From contig CAYHFQ010000005.1 of the NCBI GenBank assembly GCA_964355955.1, positions 1-58,142 of the forward strand: a stretch of 58,142 nucleotides of DNA, read 5' to 3'. Made by a program: the position numbers and the translations under genes. Source of the stretch: an uncultured Gammaproteobacteria bacterium (GTDB taxonomy: Bacteria > Patescibacteriota > Patescibacteriia > UBA9934). The notes below the pieces were generated by a model. It had not been told where the DNA came from. It made no database searches and saw only the letters and a list, made by a program, of their open reading frames with translations. Positions 52,648 to 58,142 of the stretch are shown here, piece after piece (positions within the stretch are counted from its first letter, which is position 1; each line of letters begins with the position of its first letter).

Positions 52648-53491
52648 CCCTGGTCCTGCCGGTGAGGTCATTATGGAGGGAGATAACGGCGCGGGGGAGG
52701 TGGGATTTTATGAGGGCTGGGGCTGAGAGTTTTTGGCTGGGGTCGATTTCTATTAGGATGTCGAGCTTGGCCGGGAGAATGTGGCGATGGGTTGAGATTT
52801 GGGCGAAGAGGCGATCGTAATGATCTAAGCCGTCGATGCCGGAAATGAGGGCGAGGCGTGGTTCATAGGCTTTGACGTTGGGATCCAGGCCTTCGTACTG
52901 ACGGTTGCTGATGTAGGGGAGGTTGGCGGTAATGACGGCATGCGAGCCGAGTGACTCGCCGTGACTTTCGTCGAAAATTGGGGCTAGTAAATCTCCTTCG
53001 AAAAAGGCTACGAGGTGAGTCAGTTGGAGGCTTTCAGCGTTTAGTTTGGCGGTGGTGAGGGCGCTGGAACTTAGGTCGATGGCGACGGCGGGACGGCCAG
53101 TCTCCGCGGCCAAGGTGAGAGCAAGAGCGCCACTGCCAGTGCCGACGTCGATAATGAGAGAGTTTGGGGTGACAAGAGTTTTGGCGAGGTCGACCATGGT
53201 TTCAGTGTCGGGACGGGGGATTAGGACATGAGGATTGACGGTGAACTCGCGGCCGTAAAATTCTTTGTGGCCGACTAAGTAGGCGACTGGTTCGTGACGA
53301 ACGCGGCGTTCGACTAGGCGTTGGAATTGTTCGATGTGCTGCGGAAGTAAAGCGTCTTCGCTGTGAGTGAATAAATAAGCGGTGCCGCGGCTTATGACGT
53401 GCGCTAAAATGACCTGGGCGTCGAGCTTAGGGTTTTCTTTATTGCCGCGCAATTTTCCTTCGGCCCACTGTAGGGCTTCTAAGATAGTCAT
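52628..53491 (-). CDS. prmC: peptide chain release factor N5-glutamine methyltransferase
   Basis: IIDVGTGSGALAL SAM motif, ITANLPYI (NPPY-type), located downstream of prfA. Confidence 0.9.
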   Translation of the reverse strand: MTILEALQWAEGKLRGNKENPKLDAQVILAHVISRGTAYLFTHSEDALLPQHIEQFQRLVERRVRHEPVAYLVGHKEFYGREFTVNPHVLIPRPDTETMVDLAKTLVTPNSLIIDVGTGSGALALTLAAETGRPAVAIDLSSSALTTAKLNAESLQLTHLVAFFEGDLLAPIFDESHGESLGSHAVITANLPYISNRQYEGLDPNVKAYEPRLALISGIDGLDHYDRLFAQISTHRHILPAKLDILIEIDPSQKLSAPALIKSHLPRAVISLHNDLTGRTRVIHVSL

Positions 53492-53505
53492 AAATCGTTA
53501 TCAAT

Positions 53506-53586
53506 GGTCGGGTCCTGCCGGCTTGCACCCTCCCAGATACTCGCTAAGCTCGGTATCTGGCAGGGCACCTGCGCACCGTCACCCCT
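53506..53586 (-). repeat. family B structured intergenic element, copy 2
   Basis: Minus-sense GGGGUGACGG..GUGCCCUGCC-AGAUAC..GUAUCU-GGGAGGGUGCAAGCCGGCAGGACCCGAC, lying between prfA and prmC. Confidence 0.6.
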
Positions 53587-53588
53587 TA

Positions 53589-54677
53589 TTATTCCTCTTC
53601 ATCGTCGTCCATGGAAGCGGCGAGTTTGCCGTCACGTTCGGCGAGGCGGAGGGTGGTGATGATGTCGCCCAATTCACCGCTCAAGATGGTGGGGAGGTTA
53701 TGCCAGCTTTGTTTGACACGGTGGTCGGTCAAGCGATCTTGCGGGAAGTTGTAAGTGCGGATTTTTTCGCTGCGTTCGCCGCTACCAATTTGGCTGCGAC
53801 GTTCTGCTGTGAGGGTGGCGTTTTTCTTTTCATCCTCGTAGGCGCAAACGCGGGCGCGGATAACTTCCATGGCCTTGGCTTTGTTTTGCGATTGGGAACG
53901 TTCGTCCTGACAGTAGGCGGTGATGCCGGTTGGGACGTGCACGATGCGAATGGCGGAGTAGGTGGTGTTAACGGACTGACCGCCAGCGCCGGTGGAGGTG
54001 GTGGCTTCGATGGTGAGGTCCTGTGGGTTGAGAGCAAAGTCGCTTTCTTCGATTTTTGGTAACACGGCGACGGTAATTGTCGACGTGTGAATGCGGCCGG
54101 CTTTTTCCGTCGACGGAACGCGTTGCACACGGTGCACACCACTTTCGTACTTCATGGTGCCATAAGCGCCTTCGCCGGTAACTTCGAAGATAATTTCTTT
54201 GAAGCCGCCCAGGTCGTTTTGACTTTGCGAGAGAAGAACTATTTTCCAATTATTTTTTTCTGCGAAATGGGAATACATGCGGAAGAGATCGGCGGCGAAG
54301 AGAGCTGCTTCGTCACCACCGGTGCCAGCGCGAATCTCCACGATGGCGTCGTTGTCGTCTTTAGGATCACGGGGGAGGAGAGCGAGTTCGAGAGCTTGCT
54401 CGGCGGCTGGGAGTTGGGGGGTGATTTCCTCGATCTCGGCGGCGGCCATAGCCTGGACTTCGGGATCGGCGTCGTTCAAAGAGGTCTCGGCATCTTTGAG
54501 ATTGTTCATGAGTGTTTGGTATTTGCGGCCAATAGCGACGGTGCGACCGGTGGCGAGAAAGGCCATGTTAGTAGCGCGCAACTTTTTTTGGTCGTTGAAG
54601 GTAGCCGGATCCATGAGGTCGGCTTCCAGCACGGCTAACTTTTTTTCTTGATCGGCTACTAACTTTTGATAATCCAT
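53589..54677 (-). CDS. prfA: peptide chain release factor 1
   Basis: [10 protein letters not shown] (GGQ), PST tripeptide region (RVPSTE), 362 aa. Confidence 0.95.
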   Translation of the reverse strand: MDYQKLVADQEKKLAVLEADLMDPATFNDQKKLRATNMAFLATGRTVAIGRKYQTLMNNLKDAETSLNDADPEVQAMAAAEIEEITPQLPAAEQALELALLPRDPKDDNDAIVEIRAGTGGDEAALFAADLFRMYSHFAEKNNWKIVLLSQSQNDLGGFKEIIFEVTGEGAYGTMKYESGVHRVQRVPSTEKAGRIHTSTITVAVLPKIEESDFALNPQDLTIEATTSTGAGGQSVNTTYSAIRIVHVPTGITAYCQDERSQSQNKAKAMEVIRARVCAYEDEKKNATLTAERRSQIGSGERSEKIRTYNFPQDRLTDHRVKQSWHNLPTILSGELGDIITTLRLAERDGKLAASMDDDEEE

Positions 54678-54755
54678 AATAATTTTTAATCTGAGGCTAT
54701 TCTACACCCTAAAACAAAACACCCAAACCGAAGTCGGGGTGTTCTGTTAGCGTCG

Positions 54756-55049
54756 CTAAGAGGCGGCAGCAGCTTTCTTGTCGGCCTTGGCTTTGGTACG
54801 GGCAGCAGCTTTGGCAGCCTTGTCCTTGCTTGTCATGACAGCTTCCGACTTGGCAGCGGTACGACCAGTGAACTTCTCGACGCGGCGAGCAGTGTCCATG
54901 ATCTTCTGCTTACCAGTGAAGAATGGGTGACAGGCGGCACAGACTTCAATATCGATGCGTTCCTTGGTTGAACCGGTGGTGTAGGTGACGCCACAAGCGC
55001 AAACCAACTGTGCTTCTGGGAAATACTTTGGGTGGATACCTTCCTTCAT
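54756..55049 (-). CDS. rpmE: 50S ribosomal protein L31 (Cys-containing form) with a K/A-rich C-terminal tail
   Basis: [10 protein letters not shown]...VCACG...[13 protein letters not shown]. The start is set at ATG 55049. Confidence 0.9.
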   Translation of the reverse strand: MKEGIHPKYFPEAQLVCACGVTYTTGSTKERIDIEVCAACHPFFTGKQKIMDTARRVEKFTGRTAAKSEAVMTSKDKAAKAAARTKAKADKKAAAAS

Positions 55050-55367
55050 AAAGATGGGTACGGCGTCGCTTTGTATACGAGGCCAGGGTGATTTATGGCA
55101 GAAAACTATCATTCTGAGCGCTTTTTGTCAAACTGCTGCGATATTGTTATTCTTCGACGAAGCAACCTTGGCTCAATCGCAGAACGCGAGACTCGGGGAG
55201 TCCCTTTCTTTCTCCGTCGGGCATTTTGACGATCGATATTTACCACTTGAGTGAAATATCGACACAAAACGCTATTTCCTCGGTCGACGAAAGGGACATC
55301 CCTCTCGTCTTCGTTCTGCCCTCTCGTCTGACCCTGCAAGGCCCTGGCTCCAAAATTCGTTAACTTT

Positions 55368-55392
55368 ACTTTCTACAATCTACCAACTAATA
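55368..55392 (-). repeat. GTAG-rich spacer module
   Basis: Minus-sense TAGTTGGTAGATTGTAGAAAG. Confidence 0.45.
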
Positions 55393-55396
55393 CTAT

Positions 55397-56410
55397 ATGC
55401 CCACACCCATTACAGATTTCGACTACGATCTACCACCCGAGTTTATTGCGCAAACTCAGGTAATTCCGCGGGATAGCTCGCGTTTGTTGGTGGTTGATCG
55501 AGAGACTGGGGAGGCTAAGGATAGGCATTTTTACGATATTGTTGATCAATTAGTGGCGGGCGATGTGCTGGTTTTTAATAGTTCGCGGGTGTTTAAGGCT
55601 CGATTATTGTTTACTGATGCTGCTGGTGGCGAGGTCGAAATCCTTATTTTACGGATTCGCGAGGGAGAGGCAGATGTGTTGTTGCGACCAGGGCGGAAGT
55701 TTGCGGTAGGGGCTGCCTTGCCGCTCGAGGGAGCGAAGGTTTTGGCTAAGCAGGCGGATGGGGTGGTGACGATTGAGACTGGGCGGACGGTGGCCGAAAT
55801 GCTCGATTATTGCGCTCAATATGGCGTAATTCCGACGCCGCCGTATATGGCGCAGGGGGTCGATGAAGTGGCTTACCAGACGGTTTATGCCAAGGAAGTG
55901 GGGAGTGTGGCGGCGCCGACGGCTGGGCTGCATTTCACGCCGGAACTCATCGAAAAGTTGAAAAATAAGGGAATCCAGATGGAATACGTGACTCTCCACG
56001 TCGGCCTGGGGACATTCCGGCCAGTGCAGGTAGAGACGCTCGAGGAGCACGAGATGCATGGGGAGTTGGTGAGCGTCGACGAGGGGACTGTAAAGAGGCT
56101 AAAACAAGCCAAGAAAGAAAATCGACGAGTAATTGCCGTGGGGACGACGACGGTGCGAGTACTGGAGGGTGTGACGGCTAAATTTGGCGAACTGCAGGCG
56201 TATTCCGGCGAGATTAATATGTTTATTACGCCGGGGTTTGAATTTAAAGTAATCGATGGACTGATTACGAATTTTCACTTGCCGAAGTCGACCTTGCTGG
56301 TGTTGGTGTCGGCCTTGGCGGGGCGGGAGAGAGTGCTGGCGGCGTATGAAGAGGCGAAGAGGCTAGGGTATAGGTTCTTTTCGTTTGGGGACGCGATGTT
56401 TATTAGGTAA
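55397..56410 (+). CDS. queA: S-adenosylmethionine:tRNA ribosyltransferase-isomerase
   Basis: DFDYDLPPEFIAQ, PRDSSRLLV, GSVAAPTAGLHFT, AVGTTTVR, FFSFGDAMFI. Confidence 0.95.
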   Translation: MPTPITDFDYDLPPEFIAQTQVIPRDSSRLLVVDRETGEAKDRHFYDIVDQLVAGDVLVFNSSRVFKARLLFTDAAGGEVEILILRIREGEADVLLRPGRKFAVGAALPLEGAKVLAKQADGVVTIETGRTVAEMLDYCAQYGVIPTPPYMAQGVDEVAYQTVYAKEVGSVAAPTAGLHFTPELIEKLKNKGIQMEYVTLHVGLGTFRPVQVETLEEHEMHGELVSVDEGTVKRLKQAKKENRRVIAVGTTTVRVLEGVTAKFGELQAYSGEINMFITPGFEFKVIDGLITNFHLPKSTLLVLVSALAGRERVLAAYEEAKRLGYRFFSFGDAMFIR

Positions 56411-56414
56411 TTTT

Positions 56415-56440
56415 GGCGGGGGACGGTGACCCCGCCTATT
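56415..56440 (+). terminator. GGCGGGG-type hairpin terminator after queA
   Basis: GGCGGGGGACGGTGACCCCGCC followed by TATT. Confidence 0.5.
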
Positions 56441-56467
56441 GACGGAAAAGCTGGTTTTGGCTACACT
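56439..56467 (+). promoter_or_regulatory. sigma-70-like promoter for rpsB-tsf
   Basis: TTGACG-N17-TACACT, leaving a leader of about 100 nt. Confidence 0.5.
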
Positions 56468-56570
56468 TCGGCCACTTATTCATCACTCAGATCCGGTTTC
56501 GCTAGTCAGTCCCTGCCTTGTTTACAAGGCTCTGGCAGTGCGGGTCGTGGCTTAAAAGGGAATATATATT

Positions 56571-57407
56571 ATGCCAACTCCAGAACTTTTAGACATGTTG
56601 AAGGCCGGCGTTCACTTCGGTCACCAATCCTCACGCTGGCACCCAAAGATGCGCGAATACATTTACGGTGTTCGTGGTGGCGTGCACGTCATTGACCTCG
56701 AGAAGACCCAAGAGCAGTTGGAAAAAGCTTTGAGCTACGTTGAGAACTTGGTGTCCCGCGGTGGCAGCATCGTCTTTGTTGGTACCAAGCGTCAGGCTCA
56801 GGATATTGTCGCTAAGTACGCTTTGGACTGCGGCATGCCATACGTCAACACTCGTTGGTTGGGTGGTACCTTCACCAACTTCCCACAGATCCAGCGTTTG
56901 ATTAAGACCTACTTGGAACTGAAGGACAAGACCATGAAGGGCGACTTGAAGAAGTACACCAAGCTCGAACAGTTGCAGTTCTCCCGCAAGATTGAAGAGT
57001 TGGAAGAGAAGATTGGTGGTATCAGCACCATGACTCGTTTGCCAGAAGCAGTGTTCATGTTGGACGCTCGTCACGATAAAACAGCTTTGCGTGAAGCTGT
57101 CGCAACTAAGGTGAAGATTGTGTCTATCGTCGACACCAACGTCAACCCAACTGGTATCAGCTACGTGATTCCAGCTAACGACGACGCTGTTGGTTCACTT
57201 GAAATGATTGCTAAGCTCATGTCTGAAGCTGTTAAGGCTGGTAAGGCCAAGGCCGTGGCCAGCGCCAAGGCAGTTGTGGAAACTCGTGGTAGCGCTGAAG
57301 ATGAGGTAAAGGTTTCCGCTAACGCCGAAGCTACTATCGCCGACTTGGACATTGTCATGAAAGATAAGGTGATGTCAGAAACAAAGAAAGCTGATACAAA
57401 ATCCTAA
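56571..57407 (+). CDS. rpsB: 30S ribosomal protein S2
   Basis: LLDMLKAGVHFGHQSSRWHPKM, IVFVGTKRQAQ, DTNVNP. Confidence 0.95.
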   Translation: MPTPELLDMLKAGVHFGHQSSRWHPKMREYIYGVRGGVHVIDLEKTQEQLEKALSYVENLVSRGGSIVFVGTKRQAQDIVAKYALDCGMPYVNTRWLGGTFTNFPQIQRLIKTYLELKDKTMKGDLKKYTKLEQLQFSRKIEELEEKIGGISTMTRLPEAVFMLDARHDKTALREAVATKVKIVSIVDTNVNPTGISYVIPANDDAVGSLEMIAKLMSEAVKAGKAKAVASAKAVVETRGSAEDEVKVSANAEATIADLDIVMKDKVMSETKKADTKS

Positions 57408-57417
57408 AAATTACCCT

Positions 57418-58014
57418 ATGGCAATTACCGCAAGTGAGGTAGCGAAGTTGCGAGACACAACCGGGGCCGGCATGATGGATGCCAAGAACGCGTTGACAGA
57501 AGCGAACGGCGACATGGAGAAAGCAATCGACATTCTCCGCAAGTCTGGCGCTGCTAAGATGGCTAAGAAGAGTGACCGTGCGACTGGCGAAGGCCGCGTG
57601 CATTGCTACAGCCATGGTAACGGCAAGATTGGTGTCATTGTGGAAGTGATGTGTGAAACGGACTTCGTCGGTCGCAACGAGCAGTTTGTAGAGCTTTGTA
57701 ACGACATTGCGATGCACATTGCAGCGAGCGCTCCACTCTACATTTCCCGCGACCAGGTGCCAGTCGAAGCTGTGGAAAAAGAAAAGACTTTTGTGACGGA
57801 AAGTTTGGCTGACGAAAAGAAGCCAGCTGAAATCATCGCCAAAATCGTTGACGGTCGCATGAGCAAGTACTTCGCCGATATCTGCTTGATGGAGCAAGCC
57901 TTCATCAAAGACGACAGCATGACAGTTGGTCAATTGCTTGAGAGCAAGATTCTCTCGATTGGTGAGAACATCCGCATCGGTCGCTTCTCCCGCCTGCAGT
58001 TGGGCGCTGAGTAA
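57418..58014 (+). CDS. tsf: translation elongation factor Ts (short form)
   Basis: ITASEVAKLRDTTGAGMMDAKNALTEANGDMEKAIDILR, VEVMCETDFV. Confidence 0.95.
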   Translation: MAITASEVAKLRDTTGAGMMDAKNALTEANGDMEKAIDILRKSGAAKMAKKSDRATGEGRVHCYSHGNGKIGVIVEVMCETDFVGRNEQFVELCNDIAMHIAASAPLYISRDQVPVEAVEKEKTFVTESLADEKKPAEIIAKIVDGRMSKYFADICLMEQAFIKDDSMTVGQLLESKILSIGENIRIGRFSRLQLGAE

Positions 58015-58027
58015 ATTGAAGCTTAAG

Positions 58028-58061
58028 AATCACCTCCCGAAATTCGGTGGGGTGATTTTTT
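58028..58061 (+). terminator. intrinsic terminator after tsf
   Basis: AATCACCTCCCGAAATTCGGTGGGGTGATTTTTT. Confidence 0.75.
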
Positions 58062-58085
58062 GTTCCAGTCAACGCGAGGCTCGGC

Positions 58086-58142
58086 TCTACGGCCAAGGCT
58101 CGGGGATTATAGTTCGTCGGGTCCTGCCGACTGCGGACCCCA
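58086..58142 (-). repeat. family B structured intergenic element, copy 3 (cut by the window end)
   Basis: CTACGGCCAAGGCTCGGGG-ATTAT-AGTTCGTCGGGTCCTGCCG matches 18474..18520 almost base for base. Confidence 0.55.

Overview
The window reads as a 58 kb chromosomal segment from a small-genome bacterium using the standard genetic code (TGA is a stop, for example at 14664-14666). Gene content suggests a Patescibacteria/CPR-like (Saccharibacteria-like) organism: split transketolase, rpe/rpiB, FemAB, a compact type IV pilus cluster, a double-length ThyX and many orphan K/E-rich ORFs. That assignment is an unverified inference.

Housekeeping genes I recognise:
- Translation and tRNA modification: thrS 3' end, miaA, gatB, ileS, prmC, prfA, rpmE, queA, rpsB, tsf, rplY.
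- Nucleotide metabolism: dut, thyX-like, a PRTase, a large Dcd-family dCTP deaminase, a DHFR/RibD_C-like gene.
- Pentose phosphate: transketolase N-subunit, rpe, rpiB.
- Others: ruvA, femAB-like, rplA, rplK, pilB/pilC/pilA plus four pseudopilins, nusG, secE, an ECF-type sigma factor, gyrB, a HigBA-like toxin-antitoxin pair, ftsW/rodA.

No rRNA, tRNA or CRISPR array was seen.

The signals not explained by the genes:
1. Family A: four same-orientation copies of a ~150-nt rod-shaped intergenic element at 16.8, 19.2, 22.7 and 29.3 kb. Its stems differ between copies but stay complementary. The residual mismatches become G-U wobbles only on the minus-sense strand, which points to a conserved structured RNA.
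2. Family B: a second structured repeat family at 18.5, 53.5 and 58.1 kb, plus GTAG-rich spacer modules.
3. A diverged ~87-bp duplicate of the prmC 3' end that brackets a 764-aa orphan gene, an insertion scar.
4. The type IV pilus cluster sits between nusG and rplK, inside the normally contiguous secE-nusG-rplK-rplA array.
5. The first ~665 nt are very GC-rich truncated phage terminase genes butted against a truncated thrS. This is either a chimeric join or an insertion.
6. A fused tandem ThyX whose two halves have lost complementary catalytic motifs.
7. Three tandem secreted cupredoxin-like paralogs that lack the Cys copper ligand.

All calls come from reading the sequence and the ORF translations. 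No database search was run.
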